Assembly: GCA_038523235.1 (NCBI GenBank)
Contig: JBCBJQ010000040.1
Span: 1-48,430, forward strand
From: Cyanobacteria bacterium J06626_4
GTDB lineage: Bacteria > Cyanobacteriota > Cyanobacteriia > Phormidesmidales > Phormidesmidaceae
Length of the DNA: 48,430 nt
Reading direction: 5' to 3'
A program made the translations under genes and the position numbers. The notes under the pieces were generated by a model. The model saw only the letters and a program-made list of their open reading frames with translations. It was not told the origin of the DNA and did not search any database. This document shows, piece by piece, positions 9,935 to 20,643 of the stretch; position 1 is the stretch's first letter, and every line of letters begins with the position of its first letter.

Positions 9935-10315
9935 ATGACGACCCCTCCTCCGTTAACCTTGCCGATGACGGCCCAGGCAATTTTGGCGGCTTGGGTCTTT
10001 GCCACTGTTCTCATTGGCTTTGTCGGCATCATCTGGAAGCGCAACCTGATCATGAAAATCCTCTCGATGGATGTGATGAGTACTGGGGTGATTGCGTTTT
10101 ATGTGCTAGTGGCGGCGCGGGGCGGGTTCTTGGTGCCGATTGTGACCGGCACTCAGGCAGGAGCCTACGCAGATCCGGTGCCCCAGGCAGTAATTTTAAC
10201 GGCGATCGTCATCGGCTTTTCGATTCAAGCTTTGATGCTGGTGGGCGTCATGAAGCTGTCACGCGATAACCCCACGCTAGAGACCAGCGAGATCGAGCAG
10301 AGCAACACACCATGA
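9935..10315 (+). CDS. mrpC: Mrp/Mnh Na+/H+ antiporter subunit C
   Basis: ADPVPQAVILTAIVIGF motif; ATGA overlap with the next gene. Confidence 0.9.
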   Translation: MTTPPPLTLPMTAQAILAAWVFATVLIGFVGIIWKRNLIMKILSMDVMSTGVIAFYVLVAARGGFLVPIVTGTQAGAYADPVPQAVILTAIVIGFSIQALMLVGVMKLSRDNPTLETSEIEQSNTP

Positions 10316-11754
10316 ACACACCCACCATTATTTGGATTGCCCTGCCCCTCTTCATCGGCTTCAGCAGCTATTTGCTGCCCCGGTCTAATCGTTTTTTTGC
10401 CTTGGGCATGGCCTTGGTGTCAATGGCCTACGGTCTCTGGCACATCGTTGCTCCCACGCCCCTGACAATCGAACTGATCGACAATTTTGGCGTCACGCTG
10501 GTGGTGGATGGGCTCAGCGGTTATTTTGTTGTAACCAACGCACTGGTTACCGCCGCGGTGGTGCTTTACTGCTGGCAGAAAAACAAATCAAAGTTTTTCT
10601 ATACGCAAACGGTAATTTTGCACGGCAGCGTTAACGCCGTCTTTATCTGCGCTGACCTGATTAGTCTCTACGTGGCATTAGAAGTCATCGGCATCGCCGC
10701 GTTTTTGCTGATGGCGTACCCCCGTAGCGATCGCGCCATTTGGGTAGGGTTGCGCTACCTGTTTGTCAGCAACACCGCCATGCTGTTTTATCTCATGGGG
10801 GCGGCTCTGGTGTATCAGACCACAGGGGTGTTTGCCTTTACGGCAGTCCAAAACGCCCCCCCGGCGGCGATCGCGCTGCTGATGATTGGCCTGTTTACTA
10901 AGGGCGGCATCTTCGTCTCCGGTCTGTGGTTACCCCTGACCCATGCCGAGGCCGACACCCCCGTCTCGGCGATGCTGTCAGGGGCCGTTGTCAAAACCGG
11001 CGTCTTTCCCCTCGTGCGCCTAGCGCTCATGACCGACAACGTGGCGCCAGCGGTGCAGCTGTTTAGTATGGGCACGGCCTTTTTGGGGGTGACTTACGCC
11101 ATTTTTGAGAAAGATACCAAGCGCATGCTGGCCTCTAGCACGATTTCTCAGATGGGGTTTGTCTTGGCGAATCCAGCGGTGGCAGGCTTTTACGCCCTCA
11201 CCCACGGTTTAGCCAAGGCAGTGCTCTTTTTGCTCGCGGGCAACCTCCCCAGTCGCAAATTTCAGATGCTGCAGCGAACGCCGATGATGCGCTGGCAGTG
11301 GTTGGCCATGGTGATCGCGGCCCTCTCGATTTCGGGCATGCCGCTGCTATCGGGGTTTGAGGCCAAAGCGTTAACCGTACAAGACCTGCCCCCGACCACG
11401 ACCTGGGTCATGAATCTGGCCGCTCTGGGCACGGCGATCGCCTTTGCCAAGTTTATTTTTCTTCCCTTTCAGCTACCGGACAAGTCAGAAAAACAGAGCG
11501 CTCAAGTCGGTTTTGGGTGCGCGATCGGACTGCTATTGGGTGGGCTGATCTTGGCCAGTGGTCAGCATCTCGAAACCTATAGTCTCAGCAAGGTGTTGAT
11601 GGCTTTGGCAACCCTAGCCACGGGTTGGACGATCTACGGCCTCTGGTTGCGTCGAGGGCTGCCCAAACTCCCCGCCGGCATCGAGCGATTTGAACATTTA
11701 ATTGGCGGCATGAGCCTCATGCTGCTGTTGTTGTTAGGCATGGTGGCAGCATGA
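10312..11754 (+). CDS. mrpD: Mrp/Mnh Na+/H+ antiporter subunit D
   Basis: DLISLYVALEV, WLPLTHAEADTPVSAMLSG, KRMLASSTISQMG and THGLAKA (NuoM/N-like). Confidence 0.9.
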   Translation: MNTPTIIWIALPLFIGFSSYLLPRSNRFFALGMALVSMAYGLWHIVAPTPLTIELIDNFGVTLVVDGLSGYFVVTNALVTAAVVLYCWQKNKSKFFYTQTVILHGSVNAVFICADLISLYVALEVIGIAAFLLMAYPRSDRAIWVGLRYLFVSNTAMLFYLMGAALVYQTTGVFAFTAVQNAPPAAIALLMIGLFTKGGIFVSGLWLPLTHAEADTPVSAMLSGAVVKTGVFPLVRLALMTDNVAPAVQLFSMGTAFLGVTYAIFEKDTKRMLASSTISQMGFVLANPAVAGFYALTHGLAKAVLFLLAGNLPSRKFQMLQRTPMMRWQWLAMVIAALSISGMPLLSGFEAKALTVQDLPPTTTWVMNLAALGTAIAFAKFIFLPFQLPDKSEKQSAQVGFGCAIGLLLGGLILASGQHLETYSLSKVLMALATLATGWTIYGLWLRRGLPKLPAGIERFEHLIGGMSLMLLLLLGMVAA

Positions 11755-12179
11755 TTGGCTATCTCGATTTAGTTTTACGGTTGGTCATTTGGTTTTTGCT
11801 GACCGCTGATTTTAGCCCAGCCAATATCATCATTGGCGTCTGCGTCGCCCTCGTGCTACCCAGAAATCGGACATTGACGGCAGCCTTAAAAGATTGGCTA
11901 CACGTGCTGTGGGAAATTTTAGTGGCCATTCCTCAAGCGTATTTCGAAGCCGTAGAGATCATGCTTCGCCCCCACGCTAAAGAAGATATTGTGATGGAGC
12001 ACGTCAAACCCAATCGCACGCCGGGTTTAATTTTTTTAGATATCTTTCTGATTACATTTACCCCCAAAACTATTGTGCTGAAATATCACGAAAACGGGTT
12101 GTACGAAGTTCATCGGGTGAGGCGACGGCGGCGAGCCAAGCAGGGTAAACCGTCAGAAATCAAGAGAATCAACAGCTAA
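11751..12179 (+). CDS. mrpE: Mrp/Mnh antiporter subunit E
   Basis: IWFLLT...ITFTPKT motif; ATGA-coupled to mrpD. Confidence 0.85.
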   Translation: MIGYLDLVLRLVIWFLLTADFSPANIIIGVCVALVLPRNRTLTAALKDWLHVLWEILVAIPQAYFEAVEIMLRPHAKEDIVMEHVKPNRTPGLIFLDIFLITFTPKTIVLKYHENGLYEVHRVRRRRRAKQGKPSEIKRINS

Positions 12180-12266
12180 ACATCACTAACTTCATTTTGG
12201 TTGGCATTTATATTAATGAGATTTTTAGATGCGTTTGTCCTTTAGCAAGCAGGCTTCACTGACCCT

Positions 12267-12518
12267 ATGAATGGAATCTTAATCGCCATGACATTGGCTT
12301 TACTCATTCCGATCTATGAAGCTTGGCAAGATGAAGATATTTGGCAAACCATGCTAGCTTTTGCCAGCATTGCCACCAAAACTTCCATCATGATTTTGGT
12401 CGTTTCAGTGTTGCGCGACGACTGGATGATCGGCCTCGTTGGGGTGCTCATTTTAAGCGTTGGCAATGCTTCACTCATGCTGTTAGCCCACGTCCTCAGA
12501 CGAATGAACGAACTATGA
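12267..12518 (+). CDS. Small membrane subunit of the Mrp antiporter (MrpF-like)
   Basis: 83 aa with three hydrophobic helices, located between mrpE and mrpG. Confidence 0.7.
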   Translation: MNGILIAMTLALLIPIYEAWQDEDIWQTMLAFASIATKTSIMILVVSVLRDDWMIGLVGVLILSVGNASLMLLAHVLRRMNEL

Positions 12519-12793
12519 TTGATGTTCTCAGCTATGGCCTGATTGTGTCGGGCATTGTCTTCTGGTTTTGGGGCACCTTGCCGCTCTTAGGAGAACGCTC
12601 AGTTCTGTTCAAGCTGCACAGCCTCTCGGTGTCGGATACGCTGGGCTCCATGAGTATCGTGGTCGGGTTGCTGCTCAAAATTCCCAGTGAGTGGCCGCTG
12701 CTGGTGCTGGCCCTGATTTCTCTCGCCATTTGGAATACGGTATTGGGATACGTGCTGGCCTACTGCTCAAGCACCGGGGGGGATGATGTCTGA
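12515..12793 (+). CDS. mrpG: Mrp/Mnh antiporter subunit G
   Basis: LFKLHSLSVSDTLG motif; ATG at 12515 overlaps the previous stop (ATGA). Confidence 0.85.
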   Translation: MIDVLSYGLIVSGIVFWFWGTLPLLGERSVLFKLHSLSVSDTLGSMSIVVGLLLKIPSEWPLLVLALISLAIWNTVLGYVLAYCSSTGGDDV

Positions 12794-13436
12794 AGACTTT
12801 TATATTGTCGTGATCGCGGTGCTGCTGCCCTTAACGGCAGCCATGTTGGTCGCCCAGAAAAACCCTTACCATGCCCTGGTAATTCGTGGCATCGTGGGGG
12901 CCGTGGCGGCGCTCGTGTATGCCCTGTTTGGTGCTGCCGATGTGGCCTTGACGGAAGCTTTGGTGGGCACGATGCTGTCGATCACCCTATATGCCATTGC
13001 GGTGCGGTCGTCGATGAGCCTACGGTTAGGTCTGCTGGCTGCTGCGCCCTGTGACCCCGACGAGCCCGCCTCGCAGGAGCCCCCCCTCGCACAGCCCCTA
13101 TCAAAAGCACTCCGCCAAGCCTTGAGTCGCCATTATCTCCGCCTCGAAATCGTGCCCTATGCCAGCCCCCAGGCGCTCCAGTTTGCCCTAGAAAACAAAG
13201 AAATTCATGCCACCTGCACAGCGGTGACCGAGGCCCTCACCCCAGCGACCGCGCAGCCGGCAGCGAGTGCGCCCTATCACCTCAGCGTCCGACTCCCAAG
13301 ACTCTTGGAGATTGTGCAAAACGGTGTACCGCCCACTCTGGCTAGCGTCAGTTTATATCGCTCACGACAGATGACCACCGCCAATCTTAGCGCCTCGTCA
13401 GACGCTAGGCACAATATTTGGGAGAGTCAGCCATGA
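12783..13436 (+). CDS. DUF4040 / MrpA-C-terminal-like antiporter subunit
   Basis: GAADVALTEALVG motif; position within the operon. Confidence 0.8.
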   Translation: MMSEDFYIVVIAVLLPLTAAMLVAQKNPYHALVIRGIVGAVAALVYALFGAADVALTEALVGTMLSITLYAIAVRSSMSLRLGLLAAAPCDPDEPASQEPPLAQPLSKALRQALSRHYLRLEIVPYASPQALQFALENKEIHATCTAVTEALTPATAQPAASAPYHLSVRLPRLLEIVQNGVPPTLASVSLYRSRQMTTANLSASSDARHNIWESQP

Positions 13437-14095
13437 GATGGGTTTATGTCGCGGCCGCGATCGCGCTGTACATACAAATGCTGGTGTTCCCCAACCCGGC
13501 AATAGATACGGCCGAACTGCCGATGGTTGAGCTGGTGGTGGAAGACAGCGGCGTCGCCAATGCCGTGTCAGGCATCATCTTTCGCAACCGGCTGTACGAC
13601 ACGATTTTTGAAGTGGTCGTCTTCACGATCGCCATTATGGGAGTACGGTTTTTGCTGGCCGATGAGCAGCCGTCTTGCACGATTTATCAGTTCGACGACG
13701 CCCCCTCAATTGTGCTAGCCCGACTCGGCGCCACGATCGCCGCCTTGGTCAGCATCGAACTCGCCATTCGCGGCCATTTGAGTCCCGGTGGGGGGTTTGC
13801 CGCCGGGGTGGCCGGGGGCACCGCGATCGGACTGGTGGCCATCACCTCTTCTTCGCAGTGGATGGAAGCGATCTATAAACGCTGGCGTGCCGCTACGCTC
13901 GAAAAAGTCTCGGTGTTGATTTTCATCGTGATCGCGGTGCTGTCATTAGTCGGTCTGGAATTGCCGACCGGTGAGTTGGGCACGCTGGTCAGCGGCGGCT
14001 GGATTCCGCTGCTGAATATGCTGGTTGCGCTTAAAGTGGCCCTCGGCGCTTGGGCGACAATTCTCGTCTTCATTCGCCATCGCGGCCTGCTGTAA
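13433..14095 (+). CDS. mrpB: Mrp/Mnh antiporter subunit B
   Basis: NAVSGIIFRNRLYDTIFEVVV and GHLSPGGGFAAG motifs; ATGA overlap at 13433. Confidence 0.9.
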   Translation: MRWVYVAAAIALYIQMLVFPNPAIDTAELPMVELVVEDSGVANAVSGIIFRNRLYDTIFEVVVFTIAIMGVRFLLADEQPSCTIYQFDDAPSIVLARLGATIAALVSIELAIRGHLSPGGGFAAGVAGGTAIGLVAITSSSQWMEAIYKRWRAATLEKVSVLIFIVIAVLSLVGLELPTGELGTLVSGGWIPLLNMLVALKVALGAWATILVFIRHRGLL

Positions 14096-14175
14096 ATCAG
14101 GAGGCCGCAACTAGGCGGCGATCGCCCAGCAGCGAACGTGTCAGACGGTAGATATCTGACCAGGCAAAAATATTG

Positions 14176-14595
14176 ATGGAAATCAGAAAATTCCGGGAAA
14201 AAGATCGACAATCGCTCATCGATCTGTGGCAAGCTTGCGAACTGACTCGTCCCTGGAATGACCCGGATCAAGACATCACGAGAAAAATATCCATCCAGCC
14301 TGACTTATTGTTAGTCGGAGAGCTCAACGGACAGATCATCGCCTCAGCCATGGCAGGCTACGACGGCCACCGAGGTTCCGTGTTTTATCTGGCTGTGGCA
14401 CCGGCGTTTCAGCAGCGAGGGTATGGCCAAGCCCTGATGACCGAAGTTGAACGTCTCTTAACCGCCATGGGTTGCCCCAAACTCAATATTGTTATTCGCA
14501 GTTCCAATCAGCAAGTGCTGGATTTTTATCGGGGTCTAGGTTATGCGACGGATGATGTTGTGAGTATCGGCAAGAGACTCATCGCCGATACCTGA
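14176..14595 (+). CDS. GNAT acetyltransferase (YpeA-like)
   Basis: LTRPWNDP..DI, GYDGHRG..YLAV..QQRGYG and GCPKLN motifs. Confidence 0.9.
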   Translation: MEIRKFREKDRQSLIDLWQACELTRPWNDPDQDITRKISIQPDLLLVGELNGQIIASAMAGYDGHRGSVFYLAVAPAFQQRGYGQALMTEVERLLTAMGCPKLNIVIRSSNQQVLDFYRGLGYATDDVVSIGKRLIADT

Positions 14596-14726
14596 TATAT
14601 AGCGAGCCGCAGTCAGGTTTGAATACTTTCATAATCGCCGGATCGCTAGCAGCCATGCCCTTCCCTACACCTTGAACCCGGCACCTTTCTACCCTCTGCC
14701 ATAGCAACGAGGACAGCGTTTCCGCT

Positions 14727-15716
14727 TCAACCCAACAGACAGGCGATCGGATACAAAATGTATTCCAGAAAAAAGAGCTTCCAGATGAACTGATAAAAGT
14801 CCGGGAAAGACATGGACGTCGTGGCCGTCACTGCTTGATTAGGCATGGCCACGCGATAGCTACGCCACCAAAACAGGCCCAACAGCGCCCCGTGGGTAAT
14901 CAGCACAAACAGCCAGTTAACCCCGTCTAGCCAAGGCGTAGCGGCGATCATGCCGAGATAGCACAGGCTCAAAATCAACCGCGCAATCTCATACACGCGG
15001 GTCTGCCCTAACCGCACGGTAAACGTGGTGATGTTGTAGCGGCGATCGCCCTCTAGATCAGGAATATCTTTAAAGATCGCAATCACGATACTGAACACCA
15101 CCACAAAGGCGGCCAGCGCCCACATCTTGCCGGGAATGCCCAGCGGCAATCCTAACTGGCCCCGGTAATGTAAAAACAGTCCCAGGTTTACCACGGCACC
15201 TCGCACCGTCAAAATGCAGGTCGAAGCCCAGAAAGGAAACCGCTTGAGGCGAATCGGCGGCATGGAATAGGCGGTACCAATCATCAAGCTCAGCAGCACC
15301 GTCGCCAGCAACCACCAGCCCCCCAATACCGCTAGAAAGACGCTCAGCGCCCCGGCTAACAGCACAATGCCCCAGCCATCTTGACGCGAAAACTCACCCG
15401 AGGCGATGGGCAAGTTCGGCTTGTTGATGCGATCGATCTCGACGTCTTCGATCTGATTCAGCCCAACGATATAGACGTTACCCGCCAGGCAGGCAATCAA
15501 CGGCAGCAGCAATGAAAATAGCTGCAGAATCGGCATTGATGCCCCCGCTGGCAGCACCGTCCAAGCGATGACAAACACCCCAATCACACTGAGGCTGGTG
15601 CCAATAATCGTATGAGGGCGAGAAAACTTCCAGAAGGCGGCCAGCCAAGGCCGTGGCGTGCGAAAGAAACTCAGTCGCCGAACTGGTTTGGCCTGCGAAG
15701 ACACGCGATGACCCAT
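14727..15716 (-). CDS. hpt: Homogentisate phytyltransferase (UbiA family, tocopherol synthesis)
   Basis: FSRPHTIIGT, NVYIVGLNQIEDVEIDRINKPNLPIASGE, PPIRLKRFP, KDIPDLEGD and FYQFIWKLFFLEY. Confidence 0.93.
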   Translation of the reverse strand: MGHRVSSQAKPVRRLSFFRTPRPWLAAFWKFSRPHTIIGTSLSVIGVFVIAWTVLPAGASMPILQLFSLLLPLIACLAGNVYIVGLNQIEDVEIDRINKPNLPIASGEFSRQDGWGIVLLAGALSVFLAVLGGWWLLATVLLSLMIGTAYSMPPIRLKRFPFWASTCILTVRGAVVNLGLFLHYRGQLGLPLGIPGKMWALAAFVVVFSIVIAIFKDIPDLEGDRRYNITTFTVRLGQTRVYEIARLILSLCYLGMIAATPWLDGVNWLFVLITHGALLGLFWWRSYRVAMPNQAVTATTSMSFPDFYQFIWKLFFLEYILYPIACLLG

Positions 15717-15803
15717 AGGGATAGTGCGCTCGTAACGAGATTTATCTCAGCTTATCGGGCCGTGTGCCGATCAAAACGAAAGGAAATGCGAGCTTTGCTG
15801 CGG

Positions 15804-16112
15804 TTAGACGGCATCATCGCTCTCAGTGCCTTGAATCAGCACATAGGGCTGCACAATTAAAGCTTGAAACTGCCGACTGCGATCGCGCTCCCAATATTCC
15901 AATTGCTCCACAGTGGGTTTAGTAATCAACGCTTCACTAATCCACCGCTGCACAGAACTGACGTTGTCAGTGGCGACGGCGACACCCACATCGGCCAGGT
16001 CCAAACCGGGGTTGACCAACACAATGCTGTCGCGTGCTGCATGGGGCAATAGCGTTTGCCACTCGGCGGGGCCGATCATGGACGCCAGTTCTTGCTTGAG
16101 TTGCTGCGTCAT
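15804..16112 (-). CDS. DUF2288-family protein
   Basis: W..L.PHAARD..VLV...LDL..VG.A.A.DN...V..W and ALIVQPYVL patterns. Confidence 0.85.
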   Translation of the reverse strand: MTQQLKQELASMIGPAEWQTLLPHAARDSIVLVNPGLDLADVGVAVATDNVSSVQRWISEALITKPTVEQLEYWERDRSRQFQALIVQPYVLIQGTESDDAV

Positions 16113-16308
16113 CGCTTCGTAAATTCGCTAGGTGCTTATTGTACCGTGTTCACTGATGGCCCCGACTGAGCAGCAGGGCTCACGCCACAGCTTGCCAGCC
16201 TGCTTCCCGAGAGGATTGTGATGCCTACGGCCCTGACTGTCTAATGGTGACCATTGGCCTTGCCATTCCGCGCTAAGGTAAGAAGCGAAAACGAGACGTT
16301 GAGTACTG

Positions 16309-17091
16309 ATGATGATTGGGTTCAAAAAATCGGTCGTTTCTGTCGCTTGCGCGGGTGCTTTATTCAGCAGTTTGAGCCTATCGGGGTCCGCCCCCGCCGC
16401 CCCCGCTGAGACCGCCCCCGCCGAACTCACGAGCGCGATCGCGGCCATTGAGGCAGCGGCCAATGCCCAAAATATTGATCAGCTCATGGCCCTTTATGGC
16501 AGTGACTTCATCGGGCCAGATGACTTTACGCGTGACCGATATCAAACGACCCTTAGTGAATTTTGGGCACAGTATTCGGCCCTGACCTACGATGTCGAGC
16601 TGCTGTCTTGGGAAATGAACGGGGATGTCTTGGTGGCAGAAACGCTCACCACCATCACGGGTACGCAATCAATCGACGGGCGTGACTTGGCCCTGACCTC
16701 AACGGTGGAATCACGCCAAAACTATGCGGGCGGGCAAATCGTGGCCCAAACTATTTTGTCGGAGCAAACCCAACTGATGTCAGGCACTATGCCCCCCACA
16801 GTCGATGTCAGACTGGCCGAAACGGTCGCACCAGGTGAGACGTTTAGCTTTGACGCTATTGTGGCAGAGCCGCTGGGCGATCGCCTGCTGCTGGGGGTCG
16901 CCGTCAACGAAGGCGTCACCGCTGAAGACTTTTTAACGCCCCGTCCCCTCAATCTCGAAGCCCTATCGGCAGGTGGCCTGTTCAAAATTGGCACCGCCTC
17001 CGACAAGCCCGATCAGCGCTGGGTTTCTGCCGTTTTAATCAGTGATGATGGCATCTTCATCGACACCCGCCGCTTGAGTGTTGAAGAATAA
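16309..17091 (+). CDS. Secreted NTF2-like fold protein, conserved in cyanobacteria
   Basis: Signal peptide; AAANAQNIDQLMALY N-terminal helix; GGLFKIG near the C-terminus. Confidence 0.7.
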   Translation: MMIGFKKSVVSVACAGALFSSLSLSGSAPAAPAETAPAELTSAIAAIEAAANAQNIDQLMALYGSDFIGPDDFTRDRYQTTLSEFWAQYSALTYDVELLSWEMNGDVLVAETLTTITGTQSIDGRDLALTSTVESRQNYAGGQIVAQTILSEQTQLMSGTMPPTVDVRLAETVAPGETFSFDAIVAEPLGDRLLLGVAVNEGVTAEDFLTPRPLNLEALSAGGLFKIGTASDKPDQRWVSAVLISDDGIFIDTRRLSVEE

Positions 17092-17211
17092 TGTCTTTGT
17101 TTTCAGCAAGCTGACAAATTGTTTTATGGAAGAACCTTAGCTCTGGGTAGACCGGCTGTTTTCGCAGCGGTTGGGTGCGATTTGCCCACAGATGAGACAG
17201 TACTCAGCGAC

Positions 17212-17565
17212 TCATTCGTTATCAAGGAATTCAGGGCTAGCCAGAAGTGGTTGAATCATAGTTAACAATTCAGGGATGTCGGCCTCAACAACGGCCCAAA
17301 GATCATTCAGATCAACTTGATCGTATTGATGGGCTACGACATCCCTCATACCGGCAATCTCTCGCCAAGGAATTTCAGGATGCTGGTCTCGAAAAACTGG
17401 AGAGAGGCGCTTCACAGCTTCACCGATCACAATGACTTGATAAAGAATGGCAGATTGTTTTTCAACGCTACGGGCTAGCGCGGCATAGTCTAAGCCCGTT
17501 GAAAACTCGGATATCTGACGAGCCGCTTGAACAATATCGATTAAAGACGCCTGATCACGCGGCAT
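17212..17565 (-). CDS. HEPN (DUF86/HepT-like) ribonuclease toxin
   Basis: IGEAVKRLS, IPWREIAGMRDVVAHQYD (RX4HXY). Start placed at ATG 17565, overlapping the MNT gene. Confidence 0.9.
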   Translation of the reverse strand: MPRDQASLIDIVQAARQISEFSTGLDYAALARSVEKQSAILYQVIVIGEAVKRLSPVFRDQHPEIPWREIAGMRDVVAHQYDQVDLNDLWAVVEADIPELLTMIQPLLASPEFLDNE

Positions 17566-17878
17566 AAACAACTTGTGCCGAACTGAGGATTTCCTGCCGT
17601 CTGAACCCATTGGCGCTGTCGAGAATGCTCTGCTTCACGACGAGATCAACCTGGCGTCCTAGGGTATCTTCTAGCTCGTGTTTCATGCGAGCCAATTTCA
17701 GCAAACCCCGCTTGGCATCTGGCGCAAAAGTAATGAGCACATCAACGTCACTATCCGGTCGAAAATCATCTCGCAAGACCGAACCAAATAGAGCCAACTC
17801 AGTGAGCTGCCACCGTTGGCAGAAGTCAGCGATCGCCTCATTCGTCATGGCAAATTGCGTCACCAGTAGGTTCGTCAC
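17555..17878 (-). CDS. Minimal nucleotidyltransferase (MntA-like) antitoxin
   Basis: LFGSVLRDDFRPDSDVD (GSX10DXD) and LGRQVDLV. Confidence 0.9.
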   Translation of the reverse strand: MTNLLVTQFAMTNEAIADFCQRWQLTELALFGSVLRDDFRPDSDVDVLITFAPDAKRGLLKLARMKHELEDTLGRQVDLVVKQSILDSANGFRRQEILSSAQVVYAA

Positions 17879-18000
17879 AAACTATCTCTTAAAGTCAGCC
17901 GATCTCAATCATACTCAGCGTTTCTAGGATGAATGCATCCTTTGATCTTTTGATCCCTTGCCCCCCCGTCGCTTCCAAGTCGTTACCGCCCAACCACCGC

Positions 18001-20355
18001 CTACCCAGCATCTGCCAAGCGGCGCTCGATCGCGGTTGCCCACACCGACGTGATGTCAGACAAATCTGCATCAATCACTGTGTGTTCATCAACGACAACT
18101 TGGAGCGAACTGCCTGCCTCACCCACGGTGCCGATCGCTTGCCAGTTGCCTGCCAAGTTCGCGGCCAGGTAAGCTTCCCAATCCGAGATCGCCTCCGGCG
18201 CAACAGAAACAACGATACGCGCACCGCCTTCACCAAACAAGAGCCGATCCCACCGCACAGAGTCAGCCGCGATCGCGCCCTCAATTTGCGCCCCCGCCTG
18301 ACCACTGATGCAAGATTCTGCCAGGGCCACAGCCAAGCCCCCCTCTGCACAGTCGTGGGCCGACTGAATCCATCCCTGGTGAATGCCGTGACGGCAGGCC
18401 GCCTGCACCCGCTGCTCTCGCTCCACCTCAATACGCGGGGGCCGTCCAGCAACTGTGTTGTGAATCACCGCTAAGTATTCTGACCCGCCCAGCGTGACTA
18501 AATCGGGTGCTGTCACCGCCTCCGTCAGCCCCAACCCGAGCAGATAAATCGCGTCGCCCGCCTGCCGCCAACCCTGACCACAAGCCTGAGTCACGTCCGC
18601 TAGCAGCCCCACCATGCCGACCACCGGCGTGGGATAAATCGGCGTAGGATTGCCGTCGCCATCGAGGGTTTCGTTATAGAGCGAAACGTTGCCCCCCGTG
18701 ACGGGAGTCGCAAAATCACGACAGCCATCCGCTAGACCGCGCGTCGCCTCCGCTAGTTGCCAATAGCCCACCGGTTTTTCGGGACTGCCAAAATTCAAGT
18801 TGTCCGTGACGGCAACGGGTTCAGCCCCGACACAGCTCAGGTTACGCGCGGCTTCGGCGATCGCCCCCTTGGCCCCTTCGTAGGGATCAAGATACACATG
18901 GCGACCGTTGCAATCCACTGTGGCGGCCAGCCCTTTACGCGTATTCACAAACGCCTGGGCCTGATCACCTGTCTGAGGCCGCAGCCGGATCACCGCCGCA
19001 TCCGCGCCACCGGGCAACTGCACCGTATTGTTCTGCACCTGCTGATCATATTGCCGATAGACCCAACGCTTGGAGGCAATACTGGGGCTATCTAACAGGG
19101 TCTTGAGCAGCGCCGTCCAAGATTGTGATGTGTCGCCCCAGTGCAGCCCAGCGCGATCACACGACGGCAAATCAGCCTCTGACCACTGCCGCGCCATCTT
19201 GACATAGTCGGGCAGCTCAGCCATCCGTTGCCGGTGATACAGCGGCGTGTCATCGGCTAGCGCCTTAGCGGGAATCTCTGCCGCAATCTCACCGTGAAAG
19301 CGGATGCGCACAATGGGTTCAGCAATCACTGCACCTACCACCACGGCATGTAGTCCCCAGCGTTCAAAGATCTCAATCAGTTCCTGCTCGCGCCCCTGAT
19401 GCGCCACAAACAGCATGCGCTCTTGCGACTCCGACAGCAGATATTCGTAGGGCACCATGCCGGTTTCCCGGCTGGGCACCTTGTCCAAATCCACATCGAC
19501 GCCCACGCCACCATTAGCCGCCATTTCTGAAGTAGAGCAAGTGATGCCGGCTGCTCCCATATCTTGAGCCGCCACTACAGCGCCGGTCTTGAACGCCTCT
19601 AAACAAGCTTCCACTAATGATTTTTCGAGAAAGGGGTCACCTACCTGCACCGCCGGGCGATCGTCCTGGGAAGCATCGCTGAGTTCGGCACTGGCAAAGC
19701 TGGCCCCACCCATACCGTCGCGGCCTGTAGTCGACCCTACATACAGCACCGGATTGCCCACACCCGATGCGCCCGATTTGACAATATCAGGCGTTTCCAT
19801 CAAGCCGATCGCCATCGCATTCACCAGCGGATTGCCCGCATAGGCCGGGTCAAAATAAATTTCGCCGCCCACGTTGGGCACGCCGAAACAGTTGCCATAG
19901 TGAGCAATACCCGACACCACCCCGCTAAAAATGCGCCGCGTACGCGCATCTTGCAAATCGCCAAAGCGCAGCGCATTCAACACCGCAATCGGTCGCGCAC
20001 CCATAGTGAAAATGTCGCGCAGAATGCCCCCAACCCCGGTCGCTGCCCCTTGAAACGGCTCGATCGCCGACGGGTGATTGTGAGATTCAATCTTAAAGGC
20101 CACCCGCAGACCATCCCCGGCATCAATCACACCGGCATTTTCACCCGGCCCTACCAGCACGCGATCGCCGGTGGTGGGAAACTGACCCAGCAGCGGTCGT
20201 GAGTTTTTGTAGCAGCAATGCTCTGACCACATCACCCCAAACATGCCCAGTTCAGCCCGATTGGGGTGGCGACCCAGACGTCTGACAATCTCTTCGTACT
20301 CGTCGGGTTTGATGCCCTCCGAAGCAATCTCATCCGGGGAAAAAGGTGCAGCCAT
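18001..20355 (-). CDS. purL: Phosphoribosylformylglycinamidine synthase subunit PurL
   Basis: [47 protein letters not shown] and HDCAEGG. Confidence 0.98.
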   Translation of the reverse strand: MAAPFSPDEIASEGIKPDEYEEIVRRLGRHPNRAELGMFGVMWSEHCCYKNSRPLLGQFPTTGDRVLVGPGENAGVIDAGDGLRVAFKIESHNHPSAIEPFQGAATGVGGILRDIFTMGARPIAVLNALRFGDLQDARTRRIFSGVVSGIAHYGNCFGVPNVGGEIYFDPAYAGNPLVNAMAIGLMETPDIVKSGASGVGNPVLYVGSTTGRDGMGGASFASAELSDASQDDRPAVQVGDPFLEKSLVEACLEAFKTGAVVAAQDMGAAGITCSTSEMAANGGVGVDVDLDKVPSRETGMVPYEYLLSESQERMLFVAHQGREQELIEIFERWGLHAVVVGAVIAEPIVRIRFHGEIAAEIPAKALADDTPLYHRQRMAELPDYVKMARQWSEADLPSCDRAGLHWGDTSQSWTALLKTLLDSPSIASKRWVYRQYDQQVQNNTVQLPGGADAAVIRLRPQTGDQAQAFVNTRKGLAATVDCNGRHVYLDPYEGAKGAIAEAARNLSCVGAEPVAVTDNLNFGSPEKPVGYWQLAEATRGLADGCRDFATPVTGGNVSLYNETLDGDGNPTPIYPTPVVGMVGLLADVTQACGQGWRQAGDAIYLLGLGLTEAVTAPDLVTLGGSEYLAVIHNTVAGRPPRIEVEREQRVQAACRHGIHQGWIQSAHDCAEGGLAVALAESCISGQAGAQIEGAIAADSVRWDRLLFGEGGARIVVSVAPEAISDWEAYLAANLAGNWQAIGTVGEAGSSLQVVVDEHTVIDADLSDITSVWATAIERRLADAG

Positions 20356-20504
20356 TCAGGGTATCCAACTTGAGAATCCGCCCTATTTTACCGTCCATTT
20401 CCAGGGTAAAAGCAGGTCTGCTAGCGACTCCCTGACGGGGTAGAACTCCCCCTGCATAAATGGGTCACACCAACCTTGACTTATCTGGACAATTAGTGTG
20501 ATCA

Positions 20505-20643
20505 CTCTCACTTTGTCGGGTGACAGAGATCCTTGGATAAAACTACTTAGTTGAACATACTGATATTGACTCAACTCTAGCCGAGTCATCTACAGGGAAC
20601 ACACACAGACCGACAGACACACGGGAGTCCTGTCGGTTTTTTA
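20505..20643 (+). ncRNA. Candidate small RNA ending in an intrinsic terminator, possibly PsrR1/SyR1-like; 5' end uncertain
   Basis: Orphan terminator accgacagac-acacggga-gtcctgtcggt plus T-run with no + strand CDS upstream, preceded by gggaacacacacag. The resemblance to the PsrR1 3' part is from memory only. Confidence 0.4.

Noticed and set aside
9935..14095. Mrp operon lacking a full-length MrpA
   Set aside because: The C-D-E-F-G-DUF4040-B arrangement is the usual cyanobacterial form, not novel.
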